A stretch of 60,480 nucleotides of DNA from Pseudomonadales bacterium (GCA_035433265.1 DAORUQ010000001.1:8954-69433), one strand, 5' to 3'. Shown: positions 19,813 to 28,654, counted from the first letter of the stretch. Numbers and translations: made by a program. Notes: generated from the sequence alone by a model not told the origin.

Positions 19813-19902
19813 ATGGCGACCTACGGGGGTGCGGTAGCGCCGGCCCCCGTGGGTCCGGATTCATCCGGACACATGCCGCCGCAGGTCCGGATTCATCCTG
19901 AG
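19803..19902. repeat. REP cluster (three units)
   Basis: GTCGCCATGAATGGCGAC (19803..19820), GTCCGGATTCATCCGGAC (19853..19870) and degenerate GTCCGGATTCATCCTGAG (19885..19902). There is also an ACGGGGG/CCCCCGT inverted repeat between units. Confidence 0.8.
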
Positions 19903-19910
19903 CTACGGGG

Positions 19911-21524
19911 CTAACGCGTGATCGTGAATTCGTCGAGCACCTGTCCGTGCTCGTCGACGAAGCGCGAACGCAGCGTGCTCTTGCCGGCATCGAGCACCAC
20001 CGAGCCCTTCAGCGCGAGCCCGTGCGGGCGGTGCCCCGGCTCCTCGCCGTCGAACGTGCGGTGCGCCGGGTGCGCCAGCCAGGTCTCGTCGCTGCACATC
20101 ATGCGCTGGCCCGGCCGGCAGGGCTTGGCGGTATCCGCCTTGCCCGCGCTGCCGGCCACCGTGTAGACGACGCGGTCGTCGGCGCCGCTCGCGGGGCTCA
20201 GCTGGCGGTAGGGCGCTTCGCCCTGCCCCAGCGCGGGCGCGCCGGCCGCGTCGAGCGCCGCGTGTTGTGCGGCATCGAAGGTATCGGCCATGCCGAAATG
20301 CCCGTGCAGGTACCACGAACGCTCGTAGGAGTGCGCGTGGCCGCTGTAGACCGCGTCCACGCCGTGCGCCTGGAACACCGGCCCGAAGGTCTCGCGCATG
20401 TCGATCTCGGCCTGCTCCACGTCCGAGTCGTGGTTCATGCCCTTCGAGTAGGGCGGGTGGTGGAACACCACCACGGTCCAGTCCAGCCGGTTCGCGGAAA
20501 GGTCGTCGACCAGCCATGCGCGCATCGCGGCGCGCTGCGCCGGGTCGCGGTTCGAGATCTGCGAATCCAGGCTGACCACGTGCACGTTGCCGTGGTCGAA
20601 GGAGTAGTACTGCTCGGTGCCGCTGGGCACGCCGCCCGTCTCGCCGGCCGCGGGCAGCGCGAAGATGTTCAGGTACGGAAAGCCCTCCGCATCCGGCCCG
20701 TCGCCGTCGCTGTCGTAGCTGCGCGGATCGGCCGACTCGCTGCTGCCGCCGAGCGGCATCGGCACCGGCCCCTTGTCGCAGCCGGGCACGGGAAACAGCG
20801 TGCATACATCCACGTTCGTGACGCCCATCTCGTGGTTGCCGATCGTGGGCCAGGTCGCCACGCGGTGCAGCAGGCTGCCGTAGACATCGAAGAAGGCGCC
20901 CTGCCACTGCGCGTCGGTGCCGGCGAGATAGGCGTTGTCCCCGAGCAGCAGCAACAGGTCGAGCGGTTCGTCGCCGGCCTGTTCGCGGCTGTACTTCAGG
21001 TATCCCTCCATCACCGCGCGCGCCTCGCCGCGATGGCTGGCCCGCCCCATGAACTCCTCGGTCTCGGTTCCCGAATCGCCGAGGATCCAGATATGCGTGT
21101 TGCCGTCGGCGGGCACCTGGCCCGCGCGCGGCGCGGTGCGGAACCACTGTCCCGCGGGCGCGCTGGCGGCGCCGCCGAGCGAGTAGTAGTACACGGTATC
21201 GGGTTGCAGCCCGATCAGCACCGCCTGGCGGTGACCGGCGTCCTCGCTGGCGCTCACACGGATATCGAGCCGCTCCATTTCCGTGCCGGCGCAGATCACG
21301 TCGGCCTCGCCGTGCCAGCGCACGATCGCGCCGGTGGCCGAGACCTGCTGCAGGAACAGTCGACTGGCGGGCGTCTCGGTGCCGGTGCACACCGGCGCCG
21401 GCGGCGTGCGCTGCGCGGCGCAGGCGCCAAGCAGCGGGAGCGCGATGATTGACAGGGCGCGGATCCACCCGCGGATTCCCGGGCACACATTCCGGCGGTC
21501 TTTGCTCACGAGCTTTCTCCTCAT
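19911..21524 (-). CDS. metallophosphoesterase lipoprotein (purple acid phosphatase-like)
   Basis: Lipobox LPLLGAC. N-terminal FN3-like region (DTVYYYSLG). Calcineurin-like motifs GDSG, GDNAY, GNHE, VVFHHP, GHAHSYER. Confidence 0.8.
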   Translation of the reverse strand: MRRKLVSKDRRNVCPGIRGWIRALSIIALPLLGACAAQRTPPAPVCTGTETPASRLFLQQVSATGAIVRWHGEADVICAGTEMERLDIRVSASEDAGHRQAVLIGLQPDTVYYYSLGGAASAPAGQWFRTAPRAGQVPADGNTHIWILGDSGTETEEFMGRASHRGEARAVMEGYLKYSREQAGDEPLDLLLLLGDNAYLAGTDAQWQGAFFDVYGSLLHRVATWPTIGNHEMGVTNVDVCTLFPVPGCDKGPVPMPLGGSSESADPRSYDSDGDGPDAEGFPYLNIFALPAAGETGGVPSGTEQYYSFDHGNVHVVSLDSQISNRDPAQRAAMRAWLVDDLSANRLDWTVVVFHHPPYSKGMNHDSDVEQAEIDMRETFGPVFQAHGVDAVYSGHAHSYERSWYLHGHFGMADTFDAAQHAALDAAGAPALGQGEAPYRQLSPASGADDRVVYTVAGSAGKADTAKPCRPGQRMMCSDETWLAHPAHRTFDGEEPGHRPHGLALKGSVVLDAGKSTLRSRFVDEHGQVLDEFTITR

Positions 21525-21580
21525 AGGCTCAGCGCACGTTCTCGATGCAGCAGGCTGCGATCATCGGGCTCAGGGTGCGG

Positions 21581-22015
21581 CTAACGCCTGCCCTGAGCTG
21601 CCGGGGCACGCGGCATGAACACCGCCGGCGACACGGCGAAGCGCCGCGCCAGCGCATCGATCTGCCGCACGTTGAGCGCGCGACGTCCCGACAAGACTTC
21701 GGACACCACGCCCTGGCTGCCGATTTCGGGCAACCCGGATTGCGTCAGGCCGTGCTGCTGCATCAGGAAGCGAAGCACCCCCACGGGATCACTGCCCTCC
21801 GGAAGCCTGTGTGCGTCCTCGTAGTCGCCGATCAATTCCCCCAGCGTGGCCACCAGATCCGCCAGCGGGTGGTACTCATCGCCCGCGCCGGCATCCAGCA
21901 GTTCGTTCAGTGCACGTACCGCCTGCCTGTAGTGGGTCCTCGTGCGAATCGGGCGCAGCGGCACCTGCTCGCAAAGTGCTTCGTAATGGCGTGTGAGTTC
22001 CTTGACAGCAAGCAT
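21581..22015 (-). CDS. higA: HigA-type antitoxin (HTH, COG5499-like)
   Basis: ATG at 22015 lies 3 nt after the higB stop and is preceded by GGAGG. C-terminal XRE HTH: GLTQSGLPEIGSQGVVSEVLSGRRALNVRQIDALARRF. Confidence 0.8.
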   Translation of the reverse strand: MLAVKELTRHYEALCEQVPLRPIRTRTHYRQAVRALNELLDAGAGDEYHPLADLVATLGELIGDYEDAHRLPEGSDPVGVLRFLMQQHGLTQSGLPEIGSQGVVSEVLSGRRALNVRQIDALARRFAVSPAVFMPRAPAAQGRR

Positions 22016-22017
22016 GC

Positions 22018-22299
22018 TCACTTCCTCCACTTGTCGTACTGCGCATGCGTGAACACATGCCGGATGAACAGCAGCTGACGGTCAAAATGAATTGCAGCGA
22101 TCAGCCGATACCTGTTACCAGCAATGTCGAATACGTAGAAATCACCCACCCGGTCGACCGAATTGAAACTACGCCGCAGATCTGCAAAGTTACGCAAATG
22201 CGACGCTTCGACGATGTGTCGCCACGTTCGCAGCGGGTCCGCGGACGCAGGATGCAGCGTCGCGAAGTCGGTGAGCGCCTTGTTGCTGATAACGCGCAT
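22018..22299 (-). CDS. higB: HigB-family type II toxin (mRNA interferase, PF09907-like)
   Basis: MRVISNKALTDFATLHPASADPLRTWRHIVEASHLRNFADLRRSFNSVDRVGDFYVFDIAGNRYRLIAAIHFDRQLLFIRHVFTHAQYDK. This is the typical HigB_toxin pattern. 93 aa. Confidence 0.85.
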   Translation of the reverse strand: MRVISNKALTDFATLHPASADPLRTWRHIVEASHLRNFADLRRSFNSVDRVGDFYVFDIAGNRYRLIAAIHFDRQLLFIRHVFTHAQYDKWRK

Positions 22300-22326
22300 G
22301 CCGGTATCTCCGATCAGCGGCACGGT

Positions 22327-22341
22327 ATCTCACGTTGAGAT
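22327..22341. promoter_or_regulatory. perfect palindrome ATCTCA-CGT-TGAGAT, candidate HigA operator
   Basis: Lies 28 nt upstream of the higB ATG, in a locally AT-richer spacer. Confidence 0.4.
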
Positions 22342-22455
22342 TGTTTGTAAAGGACTTGCAATCCCTGCGTCCACGTCGCGACTCAGCGCCCGGGCCTGTT
22401 TCACCGCAGCCGCCAGGCCGCGACCGCGGCAGGCCGGCGAAAAACTCCCGGGCTC

Positions 22456-23061
22456 TCAGTCCCGCGCCCCGAGCCCGCGCATCAGCAACTCGAGAATGCT
22501 CGCCCCCTCGTCCGCGCCGACCTCGAACAGCGGGTAGTCGGCCACCGCCTGGCGCGTCAGCAGGCTGTGGATGTTCTGCAGGCTGTGCGCGGTGCGGGCC
22601 ACGTCCATGTCGGCGCGGAACTCGCCGGCGGCAATGCCTCGCGCGAGCGCCTCGCGCACCCACGCCTGCGCATCGCGTATCGATTGCGCCGCGGCCGCGC
22701 GGTCGAGCAGCAGGCTCGGCTGGACCGCGTCGGCGTAGATGATCTTCAGCAGCGTGCGGTGGCGCTCGCCGGGACGGATGCCGGTCAGCAACCAGTCGCG
22801 GATGCCCTCGCGCGCCGTGGGTGCCGTGCCCAGGGTGGCGCGCATCTGCGCGAGCAGTGCGTCGATCAACTGGTGGTTGAGCGCGAGCAGCAATTGCTCC
22901 TTGCCGGGAAAGTGCTCGTACAGCGTCGAGCGCGACACGCCCGCGAGCTTCGCCACCCGGGCGAGCCGCGCGTCGCGAAAGCCCTGCGCCACGAAGACCT
23001 CGGCCGCCGCCGCGAGCAGCCGGTCGCGCACACCGCCCGCGGACTGACTTGCGCTATCCAT
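22456..23061 (-). CDS. TetR family transcriptional regulator
   Basis: N-terminal HTH: RDRLLAAAAEVFVAQGFRDARLARVAKLAGVSRSTLYEHFPGKEQLL. Confidence 0.9.
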   Translation of the reverse strand: MDSASQSAGGVRDRLLAAAAEVFVAQGFRDARLARVAKLAGVSRSTLYEHFPGKEQLLLALNHQLIDALLAQMRATLGTAPTAREGIRDWLLTGIRPGERHRTLLKIIYADAVQPSLLLDRAAAAQSIRDAQAWVREALARGIAAGEFRADMDVARTAHSLQNIHSLLTRQAVADYPLFEVGADEGASILELLMRGLGARD

Positions 23062-23159
23062 GACGCCCTCCTTGCCTTTGGCTTTACCCGGACATTATTG
23101 ACCATTAATGTCCGATGCGTTAGCGTGCCGCTCACCTGGACTACGCCAACGGCAGGCCC

Positions 23160-24056
23160 ATGAAAATATCGATCACGATCACCTCGGAGTACAACCGCCT
23201 GTTCGGCCACGACTTCACGCGGCTGATGGACGTGGGGCGCTGGGCCGAGGCGGCCGGCATCGACCAGCTCGACATCGCCGAGCACCTGCTGATGGGCGAC
23301 GGCAAGTCCTACCCCTTCGGCGAGTACCCGGCGCCGCTCGACGACCCGTGGCCGGAGCCGATCGCAGCCCTCGCCGCGATCGCGGCCGTGACGCAAACCG
23401 TGCGCCTCGGCACCGGCGTGCTGATCGCGCCGCTGCGCCCGCCGGCCCTGCTCGCCAAGCAGCTCGCCACGCTCGACCGCATTTCCAACGGCCGGCTCGA
23501 CATCGGGCTGGCCGCGGGCTGGCAGCGCGAGGAGTACCAGGCCTGCGCGATCCCCTTCGCGCAGCGCAACCAGCGCATGGACGACACCGTGCGCGCCTGC
23601 CGCGCGCTGTGGACGGGCGAGCGCGTCACGCTGAAGCTGCCCACCGTCGAGCTCGACAACGTGCTCGCGGTACCCGCGCCGGTGCAGCAGCCGCTGCCGA
23701 TCTGGTACGGCGGTGCACCGACGCCGGCCACGGCGCAGCGCATCGCCGAGTTCGGCCAGGGCTGGGTACCGCTGTTCCTGCCCGAGGACGCGCTCGCCAC
23801 GGGCATCGCGCTGATCGGCGAGGCCTTCGCCGCGCGCGGCCGCGATCCCGCCACGCTGCAGGTGCGCCACCAGCTGTTCGCGCAGTTCGATGCCAATGGT
23901 CGGCTGGACCTGGACGCCACCTTCGCTCCCGTGGAACGGCTCGCCCGCATCGGCGTGACGATGGTGAGCCTGGGGCTCGGCTGGAGCATCCGCGACCCGG
24001 CCGACGTCGAGGCCACGATCGCGGCCATCGGCGCCTGGGGCAGGAAACTTCGCTGA
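23160..24056 (+). CDS. LLM-class (luciferase-like) flavin/deazaflavin-dependent oxidoreductase
   Basis: 298 aa. Contains LGTGVLIAPLRPPALLAKQLATLDRISNGRLDIGLAAGW. It resembles the Rv2161c/TIGR03619-type subgroup from memory, and the cofactor is not determinable here. Confidence 0.75.
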   Translation: MKISITITSEYNRLFGHDFTRLMDVGRWAEAAGIDQLDIAEHLLMGDGKSYPFGEYPAPLDDPWPEPIAALAAIAAVTQTVRLGTGVLIAPLRPPALLAKQLATLDRISNGRLDIGLAAGWQREEYQACAIPFAQRNQRMDDTVRACRALWTGERVTLKLPTVELDNVLAVPAPVQQPLPIWYGGAPTPATAQRIAEFGQGWVPLFLPEDALATGIALIGEAFAARGRDPATLQVRHQLFAQFDANGRLDLDATFAPVERLARIGVTMVSLGLGWSIRDPADVEATIAAIGAWGRKLR

Positions 24057-24105
24057 CCCGGCGAGTCGCATCGCGAACAGAACCTGGACACGGGAGACAC
24101 TACGG

Positions 24106-24876
24106 ATGAGCAACACCCTGGACGGAAAATCGGCACTGGTGACCGGCGGCGCCGGCGGCTTCGGCAAGGCCTGCGCGCTCGCGCTCGCGCGCGACGGAGC
24201 GGCCGTCACGCTGATGGGACGCAACGCCGCCTCGCTCGCGCAGGCGCGCGCCTGGCTGCTGGCGCAGGCGCCGGATGCCCGCATCGCCGTGCACGCGGGC
24301 GACGCGACCGCGGATGCCGACGTGCAGGCCGCGCTCGCGAGCGCGGTCGCGCACGGCGGCGGACTCGACATCGTGGTCGCCACGGTGGGCGGCGGCGGCT
24401 ACCGCACGGTGCTGGAGCAGGAACTCGCGACCTTCATGGCCGACATGCAGCTCAACGTCGGCTCTGCCTTCGCCGCGGTGCACCACGGCGCGCCGCTGAT
24501 GAAGGACGGCGGCGCCTTCGTGTTCATTTCCTCGACCGCCGCCGTGCTGTCGTTCCAGGGGCTGTCGAGCTACTGCGCCGGCAAGGCGGCGCTCGACCAC
24601 TTCGTGCGCGTCGCGGCCGACGAGCTCGGCTCGCGCGGCATCCGCCTGAACTGCGTGCGCCCCGGGCTCACGCACACCGACGGCATGGACCCGTTCTTCG
24701 CGAACCCGGCCTACGTGGAATCGTTCAAGCCGCTGATCCCGCTGGGACGCACCGGCATGCCCGTGGACGTCGCGGCCGCGGTCCGCTTCCTGGCCGGCCC
24801 CGAGTCCTCGTGGATCACCGGGCAGAGCTTCGCGGCAGACGGCGGCAACGAGCTGCGCGGCGCGCCGCGCGGCTGA
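24106..24876 (+). CDS. SDR family oxidoreductase
   Basis: TGGAGGFG glycine motif, catalytic SSYCAGKAA (YxxxK), and C-terminal ITGQSFAADGG. Confidence 0.9.
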   Translation: MSNTLDGKSALVTGGAGGFGKACALALARDGAAVTLMGRNAASLAQARAWLLAQAPDARIAVHAGDATADADVQAALASAVAHGGGLDIVVATVGGGGYRTVLEQELATFMADMQLNVGSAFAAVHHGAPLMKDGGAFVFISSTAAVLSFQGLSSYCAGKAALDHFVRVAADELGSRGIRLNCVRPGLTHTDGMDPFFANPAYVESFKPLIPLGRTGMPVDVAAAVRFLAGPESSWITGQSFAADGGNELRGAPRG

Positions 24877-24905
24877 GCGCCACCGTATCTCGAAGGCCCG
24901 CCGCT

Positions 24906-25547
24906 TCAGCTGAACGCGTGCGCAAGGCCCGGCCGCGCGTCATCGACCAGCACCTCGCCCGGCTGCAGCCGCGGCTTGCGCGGCCAGTTTCCGGGCGCCG
25001 CGCGGCCCACCGCGATCATCATCACCGGCAGGTAACGCTCGTCGATGTGGAACTCGCGGCGCAGCGCCTCCGGGTCGAAGCCGATCATCGGCCCGCTGGC
25101 GAGGCCGCGATCCGTGGCCGCGAGCATCAGCGCCATCGCGGCCATGCTGGCCGAGCGGATAGCCTCCTCGCGGGCAAATGCCGGCTTGCCTTCGTAGGCA
25201 CCCTGCCCGCTCGCCGCGAAACCGGCTGCGCCGGGCGCATCGAGCAGCCCGGCCTCGCGCGAGCGCTCGGCGATCAGCGGCAGGCGCTCGGCGCCACGCG
25301 TATCGCCCAGCACCACGAAGGTGGCCGCGGCATCGCGCACTTTCTGCTGGCCGTAGGCCACCTGCTGCAGCGCCGCGCGTGCAGCAGGGTCGCGCACCAC
25401 CAGGAAGCGCGCGTGCTGGATGTTGTAGGCCGAGGGCGCCTCCATCGCGGCGGCGACCAGTGCCTCCACCTCCTCGGGTGCCAGCTCGTGGGTGGTGTCG
25501 AACTTGTTGGCGGAAATGCGCGCCGCCAGCGCCTGTTGTACGTTCAT
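24906..25547 (-). CDS. nitroreductase family protein
   Basis: ATG at 25547 preceded by AGGAGA. Contains MNVQQALAARISANKF, APSAYNIQHARFLVV and a C-terminal region typical of NfnB-like folds. Confidence 0.8.
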   Translation of the reverse strand: MNVQQALAARISANKFDTTHELAPEEVEALVAAAMEAPSAYNIQHARFLVVRDPAARAALQQVAYGQQKVRDAAATFVVLGDTRGAERLPLIAERSREAGLLDAPGAAGFAASGQGAYEGKPAFAREEAIRSASMAAMALMLAATDRGLASGPMIGFDPEALRREFHIDERYLPVMMIAVGRAAPGNWPRKPRLQPGEVLVDDARPGLAHAFS

Positions 25548-25573
25548 GCCTGTCTCTCCTTGTTGAATGGTCA

Positions 25574-26415
25574 TCATTGCGCCAGCGTTCCCGCGCGGTA
25601 ATCCGCGATGGCCTGGCGAATCTCGTCCTCGGTGTTCATCACGAACGGCCCGTAGTGCGCGATCGGTTCGCCGAGCGGCCGGCCGGCCAGCACCAGCAGG
25701 CGCGCGCCGGCCTGGCCTGCGTGCAGCGCGAGCGCATCACCGGCGCCGAAGATAGCCGTCTGTCCGGCCTGCACCGGCTGTTCGCCGGCGAGCGCGCCGT
25801 CGATCACGTAGACCAGCACCGACTCCGCGGGGGGCACCGGCAGCGTCGTGGCGCTGCCCGCGGGCAGTACGAGCTCCAGCACCCGCGCGCCGGCGGCAAG
25901 GCGGTCCAGCGGGCTCGCGACTTCTTCGCCCTCGAGCTGCCAGCGCCCGCCGAAGACCTTGGCGCGCGCGCCGCCCGGCAACTCGCGCTGCGGCAGCGCG
26001 GCGGCATCGGCCTGCGCGTACTCGGGCGCTTTCATCTTCTGGGCCGCCGGCAGGTTCACCCACAGCTGGAAGCCGTGCAGGCGGCCTTCCTGCGCCAGCG
26101 GCATCTCGGAATGGATCACGCCACGGCCGGTGGACATCCACTGCGCGCCGCCGTCGCGCAGCGCTTCGCGATGCCCGAGGTGGTCGCGGTGCTCGAAGCC
26201 GCCGTCGAACATCAGCGTGAAGGTCTCGATGCGCGGTGCGGGTGGGGCGGGAAGCCGCCCATGTAGTCCGCCGCCTCGTCGGCGCGGATCTCGTCGATCA
26301 TCAGGAAGGGATCGAGGTCGTGGCGGTGCAGGCCCAGCGTGCGGCGGATCTTCACGCCGTCGCCGTCCGAGGTGGGGCGGCTGTCGAGGATCTTGTCGAT
26401 GCGGCGGGTGTTCAT
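25574..26415 (-). pseudogene. pirin family gene interrupted by a 1-nt frameshift (pseudogene or sequencing error)
   Basis: The N-terminal part MNTRRIDKILDSRPTSDGDGVKIRR...GGFPPHPHR is in frame 26233..26415. The continuation IETFTLMFDGGFEHRDHLGH... and the rest of pirin are in frame 25574..26230. Only 2 nt (26231-26232) sit where the Gly codon of the conserved HPHRG motif is expected. Confidence 0.75.
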
Positions 26416-26513
26416 GGCGCTCACTCCGTGCGGTTTGAAGGATTGACACCAGAATACATCCGTTGGATAAATTGAAAACCGCGATTCTTCGCTATAAACG
26501 ATCGAGAATATCG

Positions 26514-27425
26514 ATGACTACTGCAACGCTGGAACAGTGGCGCCTGCTGGCCGCCGTGGTGGACCATGGCGGCTTTGCCCAGGCGGCCGAACAGCTGCAC
26601 AAGAGCCAGTCCACCGTGAGCCACGGCGTGAAGCAGTTGCAGCAGGCGCTGGGCCTGCCGCTGCTGACGCTGGCCGGGCGCAAGGCCGTGCTCACGCCCG
26701 GGGGCGAGACCCTGCTGCGCCGCGCGCGCTACCTGCTGGAGGAAGCCGCGGCACTGCAGCATCTCGCCGACACGCTGGCGCAGGGCTGGGCCGCGCGCGT
26801 GAGCCTGTCGGTGGATGCCATTTTTCCGCAGGAGGCCCTGTTCGAGGCGCTGGCCGCCTTCGGCCGCGAGAGTCCCGACACGCGCGTGGAAGTGCAGGAA
26901 TCGGTGCTCTCGGGCGGCACCGAGGCGCTCTTGCAAAGGCAGGCCGAACTGGTGATCACCGGTCGGGTGCCGCCGGGCTTTCTCGGCGAGCCGCTGCTGC
27001 GTCTCGGGTTCATCGCGGTGGCCCACCCGGCGCACCCGCTGCATCAAATCGGGCGCGCTCTGCGCCTGGAGGACCTGCGGGCGCACCAGCAGGTGGTGAT
27101 CCGCGATTCCGGGGTGCGGCTGCGCGCGGATTCCGGTTGGCTGGGTGCCGAGCGGCGCCTCACCGTCTCGCATCCGGCCACCTCCATCCAGGCGCTGTGC
27201 CGCGGGCTGGGGTTTGCGTGGGTGCCGCGCGAGAAGATCCGCGCGGAACTCGACAGCGGCCAGCTGAAAGCGCTGCCGCTGGTCGAGGGCGCCACGCGCT
27301 GGGCCGAGCTCTACCTGGTGCTGGCCGAGCGCGAGGCCACCGGGCCCGCCGCGCGACGGCTTGCAGAGCTGCTGCGCGAGGCCGCCGCGCGCTGCCGCGC
27401 GCACGCCGACGGCGGCGCCAACTGA
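26514..27425 (+). CDS. LysR family transcriptional regulator (divergent from pirin)
   Basis: Trimmed to MTTATLEQWRLLAAVVDHGGFAQAAEQLHKSQSTVSHGVKQLQ (LysR HTH). Confidence 0.9.
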   Translation: MTTATLEQWRLLAAVVDHGGFAQAAEQLHKSQSTVSHGVKQLQQALGLPLLTLAGRKAVLTPGGETLLRRARYLLEEAAALQHLADTLAQGWAARVSLSVDAIFPQEALFEALAAFGRESPDTRVEVQESVLSGGTEALLQRQAELVITGRVPPGFLGEPLLRLGFIAVAHPAHPLHQIGRALRLEDLRAHQQVVIRDSGVRLRADSGWLGAERRLTVSHPATSIQALCRGLGFAWVPREKIRAELDSGQLKALPLVEGATRWAELYLVLAEREATGPAARRLAELLREAAARCRAHADGGAN

Positions 27426-27497
27426 CATGCCCTGCTGTGCGGAGGGAACGGCTCGCGCTATCGTGCGCAACGGCACGCAGCAGGGTGGCATCGGATC

Positions 27498-28568
27498 ATG
27501 ATGGACGCGGTTCTCCTGGCCGGCGGCTTCGTCGTGCTGGTGCTGGGCGCAGAGCTGCTGATACGCGGATCCTCGCGCCTGGCGGCCGCGGCAGGCATGC
27601 CCTCGCTGGTCATCGGTCTCACCGTGGTCGCCTTTGGCACCAGCGCGCCGGAACTGGCCGTCAGCGTCGGCTCGACGCTCGGCGGCTCGCCCGACATCGC
27701 GCTCGGCAACGTGGTCGGCAGCAACATCTTCAACGTGCTGCTGATCCTCGGGCTCTCGGCGCTGATCGCACCGCTGACGGTGTCGGCGCAGCTGGTGCGT
27801 TTCGATGTGCCGGTGCTGATCGGAGTCTCGCTGCTGGTTTGGCTGATGGCGCTGGACCACGCGATCGGTCGCCTCGAGGGCGCGGTGCTGGGACTGATGC
27901 TCGCCATTTACCTCGATGTCCAGATCCGCATGGGCCGGCGCAGCGACGGCCGCGACGTGCCCGTCGTACCGGCGGCGCGCGGCCGCGCCGCGTTCGCGGC
28001 CAATGTGCTGCTGATCGTCGCGGGACTGGTACTGCTGGTGGCCGGCGCGCGCTGGCTGCTCGCCGGCGCCACCGGCATCGCGCGTGCCGCCGGCGTGTCG
28101 GAGCTCGTGATCGGCCTGACGATAGTGGCGGCCGGCACCTCGTTGCCCGAGTTGGCCACCTCGGTGCTGGCGGCGCTGCGCGGTGAGCGCGACATCGCGG
28201 TGGGCAACGTGATCGGCAGCTGCATGTTCAACCTGCTCGCAGTGCTGGGGCTGACCGCCGCGCTGGCGCCCACCGGCATCCGCGTGGCCGGGGCCGCGCT
28301 GGCCTTCGACATCCCGGTGATGGCAGCGGTCACGCTGGCCTGCCTGCCGGTATTCTTCCGCCGCCAGCTCATCGCGCGCTGGGAAGGCGGCGTGTTCACG
28401 CTTTATTACGTCGCCTATGCGCTGTACCTCGGGCTGGCGGCGAGCGGCCACCAACGCCTCGACGGCTACCGCGAAGCGATGCTCGGCTTCGTGCTGCCGC
28501 TGACAGTGCTCACCTTTGCGCTCATCGCCTGGCGCAGCTGGGTCAAGGACGGCGCGCCATCGCGCTGA
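27498..28568 (+). CDS. calcium/sodium antiporter (CaCA, YrbG-like), copy 1
   Basis: Two alpha-repeats: GLTVVAFGTSAPELAVS and GLTIVAAGTSLPELATS. About 10 TM segments. Confidence 0.85.
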   Translation: MMDAVLLAGGFVVLVLGAELLIRGSSRLAAAAGMPSLVIGLTVVAFGTSAPELAVSVGSTLGGSPDIALGNVVGSNIFNVLLILGLSALIAPLTVSAQLVRFDVPVLIGVSLLVWLMALDHAIGRLEGAVLGLMLAIYLDVQIRMGRRSDGRDVPVVPAARGRAAFAANVLLIVAGLVLLVAGARWLLAGATGIARAAGVSELVIGLTIVAAGTSLPELATSVLAALRGERDIAVGNVIGSCMFNLLAVLGLTAALAPTGIRVAGAALAFDIPVMAAVTLACLPVFFRRQLIARWEGGVFTLYYVAYALYLGLAASGHQRLDGYREAMLGFVLPLTVLTFALIAWRSWVKDGAPSR

Positions 28569-28654
28569 GCGGGCATTCCTGCCGCCGCGCGCCCTTCCCT
28601 GCCGCGGTGCGGCAGGCTATGGTGCGCGGCAGTTTGCAGCCGGGATAAAGGTCC

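Noticed and set aside
18808-19902. Could the repeated 18-nt palindromes be a CRISPR array?
   Set aside because: The units are palindromic hairpins in mixed orientation with irregular spacing of 15-40 nt. They are scattered over six or more loci next to gene ends, and no cas genes are present. This is REP/BIME behaviour, not CRISPR.
26221-26240. Programmed ribosomal frameshift in pirin
   Set aside because: There is no slippery heptamer and no downstream structure at the site. The shift falls inside a conserved catalytic motif where exactly one base of a Gly codon is missing. A mutation or an assembly error is the simpler reading.
28569-28654. Riboswitch in the duplicated antiporter leaders
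   Set aside because: The leaders are only about 70-85 nt and share a short GC-rich motif. I do not recognise any known cation riboswitch core (yybP-ykoY, NiCo, nhaA-I). The point is noted under the duplication finding but not called as RNA.
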